Shown here piece after piece: positions 48,721 to 62,295 of a stretch of 64,000 nt of DNA. The notes under the pieces were generated by a model. The model saw only the letters and a list, made by a program, of their open reading frames with translations. It searched no databases and was not told the DNA's origin. This DNA comes from Sphagnum compactum (Eukaryota), in contig OZ234493.1 in NCBI GenBank assembly GCA_965153455.1, positions 19,396,213-19,460,212 on the forward strand, read 5' to 3'. A program made the translations under genes and the position numbers. The stretch's first letter is position 1; the number at the start of each line of letters is the position of its first letter.

Positions 48721-51700
48721 AATGAAAGTGAGATAATTCATTGATAGTAAAGAACTCCACCTAAAGTGGGCCAAAATGATTGCATGGTGATTATGCAATA
48801 GGCACACTGGAATGGGGAAAGGATGTGGTCAAATTATTTCACAAAATAAATAGCATTGTGATTTAGGCTAGTGAAATAGGATGGATTATGTGGTAGTGTT
48901 TGGAACCATTTTGGAAAGATAAACATGTGAACACACTTGGACCAATGACATAGGTTACATTAGATTTATGATATTGAAATTTTAGATTTCAAATTGAACA
49001 TTTGTATCATACAAAGCAAAAAATGTTTAAAAACCACAAAAGAAGATTTAGAAATTTAGTATTGGGAAAATCTAAATCTAAATCAAAAATTGAGATTTTC
49101 TTTTTAAAATGTCAAAAATATTGGTTCAAAGCTAAATCTTCCTTAAAATGATTTGTTGTTTTAAAAAAGTTCAAATTCGAAAAAATCATGACATGAAAGA
49201 AAATTATGTTTCAAACTTTGTTTGCATTTGGGTTAGTGACACAAGCCACATTAGTTAAGATGAGAAAACAAATTTATCATCACGACAATGCACTCGCTTT
49301 CTTTTTGTTACGCCTAAATGTGCAACTAGTTAAGTTGCCTTTTTTTGACACATGAATTGCACTCTCGAGCCAATGGAAGGATCAATCCAATTTTCATATA
49401 TAATTCATTATTCATTGGATCAATTTTAAATGAGTTTAAAAGCACAATGAATAAAATTTCTATTTGGAATGCCACAACATTTTAACATGTGAAATGTAGA
49501 CAACCCAAAAATCTCTAGGACATTATAATATTGTCTTGCGCACATTATGTATTAATGGCAATAGTTCAAAGATTATACAAATCAATTAGTGAGTGGATCA
49601 AAATTTTTGTTTCTATTTTGATTCATCATTATGATTCTCAATGGATTTTTTATGTTCATGCATTCACCCTTTTAAATCCATTTGGTTGTCACTCATCCAT
49701 TTTTTAATTGCATCCATCTATAAGTTACTACATATGTATTATGATACATAACATTGTGTATAGTATTTATTTTGGGATTAATGAAGACCATCCAAAAAAT
49801 GAACAACTTTCATCCGTGTTTGTAATCTATTTTGACCTATTATCAAGGACACAATCTATGAAAGTGCATTCCCAACGACAATCCTCTTGGTTCCAGGGTT
49901 TTAAATGAAAGAATGCCCTCTACTCATGGCATTCCTATATATAGAATAATCAATTCATCTCACATTAGTATCAATCCATTCATGTTAATTGCACGAATTT
50001 GTAGAATTTTGTCAACAATTATACAACCATAAAGAATTTTTGCAAACCATAGAGTAGTACATGAAATTGGATGGTAGCTAGCTTGGATAAGTTACTAGGC
50101 AATAGTTCAAGGCCTCTGCCTTCTTTTGTACATTTTGTTACATTTGTACATGTTTTAAAAATTTGGGACAAAAAGTCAAATTTGAAACATAGGTAGGTAT
50201 TCATTTTTTAAATTCAAAATGCCAAATTACGAAGGCATCCCACATACATGATATGCAATGAGTGGATAGTAGGGGAAATAGTGGATGAGCGTAGAAGCGA
50301 ACCCTACAACCCCCACATCCATTACTATGACAAGTTATGGACAAAGAGACATGAGCCTACATTTAATAGTAGTTTGTGAACAAAAATACTTGTATTGTTT
50401 ACGTAGCAAAACAAGAAAACCATATGAAAAAGGGTTGGATTGAACCAACATTGCCAATCAATGATGTAGCAATTGGTGGATGAGGCTTTTAAAACGTTTT
50501 GGGGTGAACTTTGTATTGGACCCAACTTAGTTGTATATAAGTATTAGTTTTCCTTCATTGTCCCACATTTCGGAAATTTCCTATCTACCTCCCTCTTTCT
50601 ACTTATACTACATTGGGTTGGATGTATACTATAAGTGTGTAGTAGGTTTGATAAAAAAATAATTAAAAACTTAAATTGCACAATAGATAGATTTTAGTGC
50701 CTCAAGAATTTACACTGCCTAATAACAGGTCAAATTGTCATTAGTTTTTGCCCCAAAATTATTACTCAAAATCACCTTACTACTGAAAATAATTATTATG
50801 CAAAGACTTGTCAAACCTACTATACACCTATGGTATATATGCATATCATGTCATGATGATATGCATTTGCATGTTATCACTTTGAAACATTGTTGTGATT
50901 TTACATCCAAATGTAAAATGGGTGACCTTATTGACATGCAAAACATTAGGGCAACATGTATGGATGTTGCCAATATGGATGAAATTCTCATACCAATTGA
51001 TGTGGAAACATGATCATGTGGATGGCCTTAAAGAAATATAAATTGACCACATGACGGTAATCAATCACACAAATTTGTCCATCTCTATTTGTGAATTCAC
51101 ACATGGATTATGTTGAACTTTATTTATGAAAAATGACATTATTGATCAAATTGTGATCAATGTAACCAACAACAAATTTAACACTGGAAACTTTACAATA
51201 TCCATCACATATACCTTTTTTCATGCATTTGATGCCGTTCATAGTTGTTAATTTCCTCAATATTGTCATTTGTCATCCATGACGTCCAATTTTAACTGAC
51301 CCAATATTATTAAAAAGACATTGTTCATTATATTGTGAAAATTTTCAAGATATTGTAGCAAAGGGGAACATTCACTTTGTTTTTCTCTCCATGCACCAAG
51401 GCAATATGGACCATATTACTTTGGCCACTTTGGCCATTTTGACACATCTGTCAAACATTAATTAACTAAAATTGAAACTATTATTTGGACAAACAGAATA
51501 TACCTAAAAATATAATATTTCCTTCACATATTTGTTATTTTTGTCAATTGCAAAAGTAAAATTTGAAAATTCACCATATCTAAAATGGCATAATTAGTGT
51601 GGAATCATAGTTTAGTATACTGGATCCATGTGGAGTTTCCTATGTAAAAATGTGATGATGAATTTGAATTTGAAAACATTCCCCAAGTAGTGACATGATC

Positions 51701-52789
51701 ATGAGTGAAACCATTTTTTTTCCATTTTATAATATTTGGAGCTGGGTTGCCAACATAAGGCCAACGGAATCTATATTGTAAATAATAAATTTGATGAAGG
51801 TTAAATTTTAAATAGTTTACTCTATAATCATCCATCAATGGAGTCTCATCCTCCAAATCAATAATTCATCCATGAACGTGGAACATCTCAATATGGAAAC
51901 ATGTATATTGAAAATTGCGAATTTTCAACAATTCATTTCCATCAATAGTTTCATCCTCCAACTCATTGGTATTGACCTTAATGAAATGTTGAACAAATTT
52001 CCAAAATCCTAAATAACACATTGCATGGTTTTGTATTGTTTGGAATGGCTAGAGGCATAGGTGCCCATACTTCCATTACAAAGTACTATATTTTTCCAAA
52101 GGTATTATTTGAGTTCAAATGTTGTTACATTTCTAAGGTGCAACAATGTAATACTCGAATATGGAATAGAGATTGGAATGTAGTTAAGTTGATAATTATC
52201 AATGAAATACCCACATGAGCATTAGAGAGCATCAATTGGTTTTTGGAGGTTGACTCCCAAATTGATAATCCATGCACATAAACTTGAACAAAGTGGGTGT
52301 TAAATTTGTTCAAGTCTATGCGCATAGAATCATAAGTGGTAGTTAAATTTTGCATCCACTTTCTAAGGGGATTTTATAATTTCTTGCAGCTAACAACATA
52401 ATATTCATTGAAGGTGGCTAAATGTCTGTTCATAGTTGAAGAACTAGACTTAGATCCACACTCAAAAATCTACTAATTTTTTAAAATGTTAAAACCACCT
52501 GGATTGAATGTTATTTGAAGATCAAATAACTAGCGAGGACTGGTTATTACCCAATTAGGATATTCAATGTTTATTTAGAGTTTACTTCTAATACCAAAGG
52601 TATGAATTTATTTCAAACTCTTTCAATTTAATTTTTTTTGAGTTCAACTTGTAAAGTTTGAATTTTAATTCTTAATTAATTCCAAGAACAAGCAATCTTG
52701 TTTGGCATTTGATATGTAGGTAGCGAAATAAATATGTACATATATAGATCTACATACCTAAATAAATAGGTAGAATTTTCTTTTTTAGA

Positions 52790-53165
52790 TTCCAAAAACT
52801 AGAATCTATTTTGGGACCCCTAATGTGAGCAGTGCATTTCTCATTATTAAAAAAAGGCTATTATGTGACCCAAATTCGGGTATTGCATTTGTCATTCAAA
52901 AATAGTTGCATTTTCTTTTCGAGATTCCAAAAACCAAAATCTATTTTGTGAACCCTAATGCCCCATAGGGTATTGCATTTCTCATAAAAAACAGTGACTA
53001 TTATGTGACCCAAATTTGGGTATTGCATTTGTCATTAAAAAACAACTGCATTTTCTTTTTCGGATTCCAAAACCAGAATCTATTTAGTGACCCTTAATGT
53101 GGGTATTGCATACATGCCCAAAACCCCATAATCTATGTTGTGATCCTTTTTGGGTATTGCATGTT
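52790..53165. repeat. Degenerate tandem repeat with a GGGTATTGCAT core (period about 135 bp, with a half-unit substructure)
   Basis: Recurring gattccaaaa..gaatctattt..gaccc..gggtattgcattt. The core motif recurs at 59430-60000. Confidence 0.65.
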
Positions 53166-53561
53166 CAGGAATAGTCTATATTATGTGAAACTATTGTCTA
53201 GGCTCATAAAACTATTTTTCAAAGATGTCATACCAATAGTCTAAAGTCACTAGCCTAAATGAACTATTCCATGAACCTATTCCCCAAAAATGTCACATTG
53301 GTAATCTAAAATCACTAGCCTCAATGAATAATTCCATGTGTTTGACAGTATGTTGTAGCTACTACCCTTTTGGCATTTGCTATTAATTGGTGGGTATACA
53401 CATGGTGATGTTCCATTTGTAGACGGATTATAGCTGCTCCAAAGTCTTCCTTTGACGTACCTCGAAGTCTACACCACAAAACAATTTTCATAATCAACTA
53501 GTTTGAAAACTGCAAACCAAACAAGTAAACAATAATAAACAAATGAGTGTCGAAGGCATAC

Positions 53562-54428
53562 CTGCCATGATCATCTCTGACTCATGAAGATTCACCACTG
53601 CATCAATCTCTTTGAGCCGAGTTGCTTGATCGGACTCCCACTCCCAATGTTTTGATCTCAAGCCATTTGTACCTTCTTTGCATATCCAAGTCGAGTGGTG
53701 TGAATGATAGATGCTACATCTTCATCATTTTCAATCCACCTATGGATATCACATGGTATGTTCCCCACACCCCAAATGCTGATGCCCAACACTTGTAACA
53801 ATTAGTTAGAGGTCAATTTCACCAAAATGAGTTGCGGTAGCTCCGGTTTTACTTGTGTTAAAAAAATGACTCAATCCCATTCTCTTTAGGCCTTTTGCAG
53901 GTTCGAGTAGCCGCCTTCTAGTCATTTCGTCTTTGAATGGCCTGTGCATCACTCAAGACATGGGTATTCATTTGATGATGGTCTTGATGACGAGGTCCAC
54001 CTCCACGAATGAAGGGCTGTCCAATTTTACCTTTTTCCGCACAAGGTCATGTTTCAACTTGAGATGCTGAGTGAGTAAAGATTTTGAAGCATACGAAGCT
54101 GAACATTTGTTAACTTGGCACATCCATTTGGAGCCTCTTTTCACACAATCTATATCCTTCTGAGCAACATTGGGTGCAACTGGCTCATTTATGTTTTCAA
54201 CCGGCTCACTAATTCCAAGCTAAACTAGAATTGGAGAAAAACAAAAAAACAAATTAAAAACCAACAAAATGCCAAATAAGAGATATTGCATTATGTACAG
54301 TACATAAAAATGGTATGAAAAGTTTAAAAATGAGAATGCATACTAGAAGGAGTGAGTGCCATTGATGTCCGGACATTTGATGGAGTAGATTTTGATCGAT
54401 CTTTGATCAATCTCTTGCGTGGAGGCAT
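53562..54428 (-). pseudogene. Decayed spliced gene with a classical C2H2 zinc finger
   Basis: Exon 54428-54344 encodes MPPRKRLIKDRSKSTPS... A GT..AG intron leads to 54224, then an in-frame TAG, then WMCQVNKCSASYASKSLLTQHLKLKH (C-x4-C-x3-Y-x5-L-x2-H-x4-H). Further stops and frameshifts follow, with a donor-like CAG|GTATGC at about 53562. Confidence 0.6.
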
Positions 54429-54559
54429 TATAACCCATTACGGAAGAAAAAGGATTCAGCAAAAGTTTATGTAGCAAAACTTTAAATGCCAACATTCCAT
54501 TTTAATAGGAAATGGTCAGTATGGGGACAGTGGGGGGAAAAAAGTGATGGAGGTTGACA

Positions 54560-54860
54560 GCAGGAAGTTGTAAGAGTTCAAGCAGTAGGCAGTCCAAACT
54601 TACAGGAAGTTGATAGTAGTAGTTGCAAGAATTCAAGTGTTAGGTAGTCTACACTGACATGAAGTTGACAGTAGTAGTTGCAAGAGTTCAAGTGGTAGGC
54701 AGTTCAAACTTACAGGAAGCTGACAATAATAGTTGCAAGAGTTCAAGTGGTAGGTAGTCCAAACTCGAAAGTTCAGCAGAAGATACTTTAGATGCGACAG
54801 GAATTCAGTGGCAGGTAGTCCAAACGCGGAAATTCAGCAGAAGATACTCGAGATGCGGAA
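54560..54860. repeat. ~55-bp tandem repeat (about 4 units) grading into ~57-bp variant units
   Basis: acaggaagttgacagtagtagttgcaagagttcaagtggtaggcagtccaaactt repeated. Confidence 0.8.
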
Positions 54861-55469
54861 GGGTATTGTGGACGCGGTAAAAAGTGCATGACGTTGCGAT
54901 GGGAGCTAACAACCAGGGTTGCACGAGGTTAGGTGGGGACACTGCACAGGAACACCGCACATAGGAACATGGGAACACCGTAAAAAAGGGGGAAAAAACC
55001 ATAACTATAAAAGACGAGAAAAAGTGGGGTTGGGGAAGAAAGTTGGAGGCGAGAAAAAGCAAAAGAGAAACTGAGAAAACAAAGCAGAAGCAAGAAAACA
55101 CACAAAACACACAACCCACAAAGGGAGGAAGGAAAACCAAACCAGCCAGAGAGGGGAAAAGAAAAAAAGGCCACAGAAACGAGAAAGGTCCGGGTTTTGG
55201 GGAGGGGGGGGGGCCAATGGGGTCCCATAAAAGGGGGGGCAATGGGGTCCCATAAAAGCAAGAATTTTTTTTGGGGAGGTGGCGATCATCCAGCCTTACG
55301 TTACCTCTATAGAAAAATTTAAATCCTTCTTTAATCTTTGCTACAGATGAGAACTTATCATCAACATTTTGCAATTTGGAATCACTAGTTAGGGTTGTTT
55401 TCTTCATGAAAAATCGTTTGTATCACAATTTCTTCATGAAAAGTCTTTTTTTTTCATGAAAAATCATTT

Positions 55470-56388
55470 CACATTATTTATATTATTCTCAATTTTTTTT
55501 GTAAATCTCGAAAAATATTTCTTCCAAATCACAAAATATTGAATCTTCAAGAATATTTTATTCCTTGAAATAAATATTTTTTAATAATTAATTAGTCAAC
55601 GGACATGTGTTGAAATGGCCAAGGTACTACAATACACTTCTTGGATGGGCTTATGATTCGGAACTTCATTTCAAATTGAAGGAGTACCCTCCTACCTTGG
55701 CCACTTCGACATTAATTATATTTTTTCAGAAATGTTGAAATTTTCAAAAAATCTTTCTTCCAGATCACAAAATAAACTGAAAGAAAACATTGAATCTTTA
55801 GGACTATTTTATTTCATGAAGTAAATATTTCAAAATTATTTAATTATTCAATGAACATGTGGTTGAAATGGCCAAAGTACTACATTACATTTCTTCAAGG
55901 GGCTTATGATTGAGAACTTCATTTTGGAATGAAGGAGTACCCTCCTACCTTGACCACTTTGATATTAATTATATTATTCTCAGAAATTTTGTAAATTCAA
56001 TAAAAAAAAATCTTCCAAATCACAAAATATATGGAATAAAAATATTGAATTTAAATGAATATTATATTCCTTGAAATAAATATTTCAAAATTAATTAATT
56101 ATTCAACACACATGTGTTGAAATGACCAAGGTACTATGATACATTTCTTCAAGGGGCTTATAATTGAGAAGTTCATTTCAAAATGAAGGAGTACCCCCCC
56201 TACCTTGGCCACTTTGACATTAATTATATTATTTTAAGAAATGTTGAAATTTTCAAAAACTATTTCTTCCAAATCACAAAATATAGTGAACAAAAATAAT
56301 GAATCTTTGGGAATATTTTATTTCATGAAATAAATATTTTAATTGACTAATTATTCAATGGACATGTGTTGAAATGGCCAAGGTACTT
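55470..56388. repeat. ~253-bp tandem repeat, about 3.6 units
   Basis: ggagtaccc..ctaccttg.ccact at 55681, 55934 and 56188. Confidence 0.88.
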
Positions 56389-56551
56389 CAATAATAAGAG
56401 AGGAAGTGAAGTAAATGATTGAGTGTTGTGAGCAATGGTTTTTTTTTTTGGTGTGGAATTACAGTTGTTGCGAAATTTGAAGATGACCTGCTGCAAGCTC
56501 AATAATTAAGGTTATTCCTGAAATTCTTCAAAAGATTTGCCAAAAATATAT

Positions 56552-56665
56552 AGGAGAAGGGTCTATTTTCAGACCATTCCAAAATTCAAGGTCTCATCAA
56601 GAGGCCAAAGGCCGAGTGAAAGGTACCAAAAATTTTAGAAGGGTCTGAAAGCAAACCTTTCTCTT
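56552..56665. mobile_element. Small foldback/MITE-like element
   Basis: ggtctattttcagaccattccaaaatt ... aattttagaagggtctgaaagcaaacc forms an imperfect inverted repeat. Confidence 0.5.
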
Positions 56666-58650
56666 GCATGAAGAACCAGCTAGTTTTTTGGGAAAGCAGG
56701 TATCTAACCAATTGATCGGCATTTTACAAAGTCTTAAGGTCCAGTGAAAATTTACTCTTGAGGAGCAACCTAAATACAGAAAGGAAAAGTTCGGCCGGTG
56801 CTTTATGGATTACAAAGCCGGCCCTTCGTGTTAGTTATGGTTCCCAGTGAGCCAAATGGCGAGCCCGATGACACGAGTGCCGGCTCCCTAGCATAAAGGA
56901 GTGATGCTACCAAATTGGCAGGTCATAGAGTAGGAGTGTAGGAAAAGACACAATCTGCCGTTGTGGCAGTTTATGGAAAATAGCCAGGCCTTAAAACAGG
57001 CCAAATCTGCAACCTTGGTCCTCTTTGTAGGGGAAAAAGCTGTTGTTCACCACATTAAGACTACGTGCTTCTAGACGTAGCTAAAAAGTAGCATGATTCT
57101 AAAAGAAACTTAACTTCATGTTTGTCCTTTGGCCAAACATGGTTAAATTTCTTTGGATGGTTGCCAATGTGGTTCAACACAAAATTGAAAAAGAAAAACA
57201 ATGATTTAGATATGACAATTTTTTTCAATTGTTTCTTGAAAAAATAGCAAGGAAAATGCCTCAAATTACCCTTTTTTCCCCCTTTTCTGGAAGAAATATT
57301 AACCAAAACAAAATGTTGCATGGCTCTTCTTATTAAATTCAGTAAATATTTATTAGCTATTACCATGATTGATTAATAATATGTCATGTAACATAGTTTT
57401 AAAATATTAATAAATTAATAATCAATTTACTATCTTATAGTTTTAAATGATTATTATATGATTAAAATGATTATTATATCGAAATACTATATTATGAGTT
57501 TTTATTAATTTACTAAATATATATTCAATGTTTTAAAAATAAACCATTAATAGTACCAAAATAATTTAATTTGAGCATAATTTAACATTTATTGGCTAAC
57601 TAAATATTTGCTAATTAGTAAGTCATTAACTATTAACTCTTCATTAACTAGTTCAATTATATTATTGAGATATTTCAGAATGAATGAAACAAGAATAATT
57701 GGATTATTTATTATTTTAATATATAATTCAGTAATTATTATTGCATAATTTTTCACTAATATATTAATTAATATGAATAATTCATGAATAATGATAAACT
57801 ACTATATCAATTTATGATCTCATACCTAATTCATCAACTAGTTTTTAAAAGTAACTGATAAATAATAATTGATTAGTTAATTAGTTTCATTAATTAAAAT
57901 ATAATTGAATGATTAAACAACATTATGTATTTCATAGTTTATACTAAGTAGTCAATTAGTTGATAATAATAATTTATTAATAATTAACATTCATTTAATA
58001 CAATGAGGTAGGCAGCCTCGTTCCACCCTTAGCAATCCATTTTGCATGATTTTTATAAATGTTTGAGTGGTCGTACCAATGGTTTGACAATAGGACCTTT
58101 TTGAAAATTCTGAAAAGTAAATGCTGTTACTATATTTTGTTGTTTCTCTTTATGTTTAAATCTTTTATTGTCAAGTTTTTTATTCCACTACACCAAATAT
58201 GGCATTTTATGGTTAGATATACAACTAAAAATGTAGTCATGGACACCATTTATGAGTAACCATGATTACTTGGGAGAATTGAACTTATCACTTTACCACA
58301 TAATCACTAATATGGTCATAGTTGTAATTGTGGTCCACAATTGTAAATATGCAGAGTCATAAATTACAATCATGGATTTTACTACATCAGATAATTTATG
58401 GCCATTGGATATTCAATTTTTTTATAATAATATACATGGATTGATATCCAACCTACACATGGCATGTGTCTGTTAAATATAAGGCAACACATGTCATGCA
58501 AGGCTTATTTCCTCATTATATTCCAATTTTAATATTTAAAATTTTATTATAATTTGATTAATCTAAATGCCCCACATGTTAAGCAATGAAGTCAATTAAA
58601 AATCTCTTGTGGTAATCAATTCAATGTTAATGTCAAAATCAAAGTCAATT

Positions 58651-58748
58651 TTAGGGTTAAGGTTAAACTAGGTTTAGGTTGGGTTTCGGTTAGGGTTAGG
58701 TTCGGGTTAGATTAGGTTTATGTTAAAGCTATGTTAGGGTTAGGTTAA
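58651..58748 (+). repeat. Degenerate telomere-like (TTAGGG/TTAGG) interstitial tract
   Basis: ttagggttaaggtt...ggttagggttaggttcgggttag...ttagggttaggtt. Confidence 0.5.
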
Positions 58749-61700
58749 ACACCTACTTAGGTAGGTAATTAAGCATAGGTACATAAATATTTCTATTTAT
58801 TTTGGGTTAAATTTTTTTGATTAGCTAATCCCATATGCCCATGTTTTTTATATGAAAATGTGAGACAAAACACCTTGTTTATATTGTTTTCAAAATGAAA
58901 GACAAAACATATGGGATAACCATTTTAGTTGCAAACTACTTATAACTATAAATTTTATTCCATGTATTTTATACTTGTTTTTACTTTTGTAAATTATATA
59001 ATTAAGTAGATAAGTTACTAACTGACTAGCTAATTAGTTAATTAATTAATCAACTATAAACTAACTAACTACTTGTAGTAATAAATCATCAATATTTCTT
59101 AGGTACATAGTTATGTAATTAATGAATTAATTAATAATATATTTACTTATTAAATTTTAAAAATTAAATATCAAAATTTACATACAAATGATTTTGTAAC
59201 TTGGTAATTTGTGCACATTAAAATTTACAAAATTACAAAATTGTAAATCTCAAATTGCAAGAGAACAACTTTGCAACTTTGTAAATTTGTAGATTTCCAA
59301 ATTACAAATCATTGATCATAAACTTTCAAGTGCACAAATTGCACAAATTGACCAAAAAACTAGTGGACATTTTAACGATCCCATGCATGTATCGTAGCCT
59401 AAACCACAAAAGACTAATGTATATTTAGGGTGCCCTATTTTGGTATTGCAACCTATATCCTAAAACCAATCCTTATTTCACAGACTTTTATGTGGGTATT
59501 GCATAATTTGGTAAAAGATATTTGAAGATTGATTAGATCAAGACCTAGTCCAATAATGTAAAACTCAAATATGAAAATGCTATATCAAGTGCAAGAAAGA
59601 TGTAAGTCAATATATGATTATTGACCTAAATGCAGATATTACATTTTCTTCACAAAAAACCAATCCTCTTTTGCGGATCTACATGCAAGTATTACATAAT
59701 TTGGTAAATGGTCCTCAAATACTAACTAGTTCAAGACCCAATCCCAAAATGCAATACCCAATACAAAAATGATATATCGAGTGCAATAAACATGTGAATC
59801 AATATCTGATTATTGACCTAAACACGAGTATTTCACTTTGTTCACAAAAAACAAGTCCAACTCTTTTGCATACCTATATGTGGGTATTGCAAAAATTGGC
59901 AAATGTTGTGATGTTGTTCATTTTGGGACACATGTGCAGGTATTGCTTTTGTGGGGAAAATCCAATCACTATTTTTAACACCTATATGCGGCTATTGCGA
60001 ATGTGGGTAAAACAAACACATATTGGTCACAAATGACAAATATATGGTTCACAAAACATCTGGGTAACAATGCATATGATACACAAGACATAAGCATATG
60101 GGTCACCACGCATATGATAGATAAAACAATTAATACATTATGTTAATCTTTACATCATTTAGTACTTAATATTTTTTACATATTCGAAAATCGCAAGAGA
60201 ATCTAGTACCAACTACAAAATTGGTTTTGATCTTTGGGTCAAAACACACTAAAATGAGTTAACGGAAATACTTTGTAAAAGGATTGCTAATCATTTTTTG
60301 GTCCCTTTCACTTTTCATAGAAAGGAAATTTCAAACAAAAATCTTTTACAACTTGTTATCAAAAATATTTATAATTTCCCCAATACATCACATTTTTTGT
60401 ATTAATTTTTTTTGAATAAGTATGATTTTTTTAAGGTGTGCAAATTTTGCCAGATTATGCATTTCACATTTAAAAATGATCATAATTTCAATTCATTCCA
60501 ATACATGTCAATTACTTTAGGATTTGATTTTTTGGATCATAAACTACAACTTTGTTTTATATGTCACGTGCATTACACCTCATTTACATGTGGTAAAGGA
60601 CTCTTGAAATTCAAAAATGAATGTTGAATTTTTAAACATACATTGAATTTCTTAAAATTTCAAGTTCCATAAATTTTTAATTGTGAGTAATAGATTACTA
60701 TTCTCTTAATTTTTTTACTATCAAAAATTCTTTCTTATGATAGTCCTTGGCATAGTCCTTTGAAAAATTTGATGCAACTATTGTTCAAGTTGAAAAACCC
60801 TTTATTAGAACAAAAACTCAAAAACTAAATTAAATGAATTTTTAATTTGAATTCTTTAACACTCATATTAATCATTTAGCACAACTTGGAATGATTACCA
60901 TAACATTAAAATGTTATTTAAAAAATATATCTACAAAAGTTTGAAATTTCAAAGACTATTCAAAATCTTTTTTGGCTTGTTTTAGCATGTTTTGACTGCT
61001 TTTGAAATTAATAAAAACTTAAATTTGTTTAATCAAGGCATCCACTTTTGAGTTGTAGTGGAATAAATTTTTTAATTGATGTTGCTTTGTTGACTATTTT
61101 TCAAGTGTTCGATTTTCTAACATGTTCCCCAAATTCCCAATGGATTCCCCACAAGCTCCCAATAGCACCTTATTGTATCCCATATACTATTTGCCTTATG
61201 TTCTACTATTGCAATATATTATTATCTAAATACACATGATGTATAAAAGTACACAACAATTAATCTATTTTGGTATCATCTAGGGCATCAATTAATTTTT
61301 TTAATGATGAAGCCATCAAAGATGAGCACATAAATTGGAAAAAAAAAAACTTGGGGGATGGCACAATTGATTGATACATTCAAAGCACATTATATCACAT
61401 ATATAATGTTATTTTACTAAATCTAACTCATCTCAAAGCTTTTCAAACAACCCATAATTATTCAATTTTGATTAGATGTATTATAACCTTCTTCATCCAT
61501 AGGCAATAGTTTATTTTTGTAAACCATGTAAATACTTACTTTAAGTCATGTATTTTGTTAATTACACACAAGGGTTTGGGTAAGGTAGCAACACTACAAA
61601 TGGATTGGAAGAAAACACATGCCCCCTCCCCGTGGCACATGCCTTTTGTATGAATGGAATTGTACATTGAAAAGGTGATAAATTGTGGATACTTTGCACA

Positions 61701-61764
61701 CAAAAAATGAGTGCAAAAGGTGAGAAAGTGTATGTTACTAACCCATTAGATGAACATAACACTT

Positions 61765-62295
61765 TTTGAACATGCCCATTTCATAAAACCCCAAACCCTA
61801 AACCTTAAGCCCTATCACCTACTCCATAACAAAGAAAGATTTAAGTGCATAGAAGTAAACGTGGGAATGCATGGAAATCAACGACATTTAGTTGCTACAA
61901 ATTCTTGAACTAGCATATTTCATAAAGCTTCGAAACCCTAAACCCTGTCAAGCCTTAGCCCATAACACAAAAAAGTTATACATACGTAAAAGGATTGGTG
62001 GGGAACATGGGGAGCAATAACATTAGTTGGTGGTAATTATGAAACAAACCCATTTCATAAAACTCCAAACCTTAAACCCTAGTCAAGTCTTAAGCCCTCT
62101 AGCCCATAACTTTGAAACTTGTAGCTACATAAATGTAAATATGGAGATGTGGGGCACAATGACATTTAGTCGGTACCAATCTTTGAACAAACACATTTCC
62201 TAAAGCCCCAAAACCTAAAACTTTATCAAACCCTAGCCCATAACAAATAAAGTTGCAAATACATAAAAGTATATATGGGGAACATGGAAGTAGTT
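61765..62295. repeat. Degenerate ~140-bp tandem repeat containing AAACCCTAAACC
   Basis: catttcataaa..ccaaaccctaaacc..agcccataac recurs at about 61780, 61920, 62055 and 62195. Confidence 0.6.

Larger units (their letters stand above)
35275..50684 (+). repeat. Tandem segmental duplication: copy 1 = 35275-41491, copy 2 = 41513-50684. Copy 2 has an extra ~44487-47333.
   Basis: 35275-38086 aligns to 41513-44486 and 38092-41491 aligns to 47334-50684. Duplicated ORF-track entries include 41123/50325, 40328/49708 and 35848/42087. Confidence 0.95.

Noticed and set aside
54805-55407. 200-aa hydrophobic ORF resembling a membrane protein
   Set aside because: It derives from a low-complexity A/G-rich tract that gives Phe/Leu/Pro-rich text in several frames.
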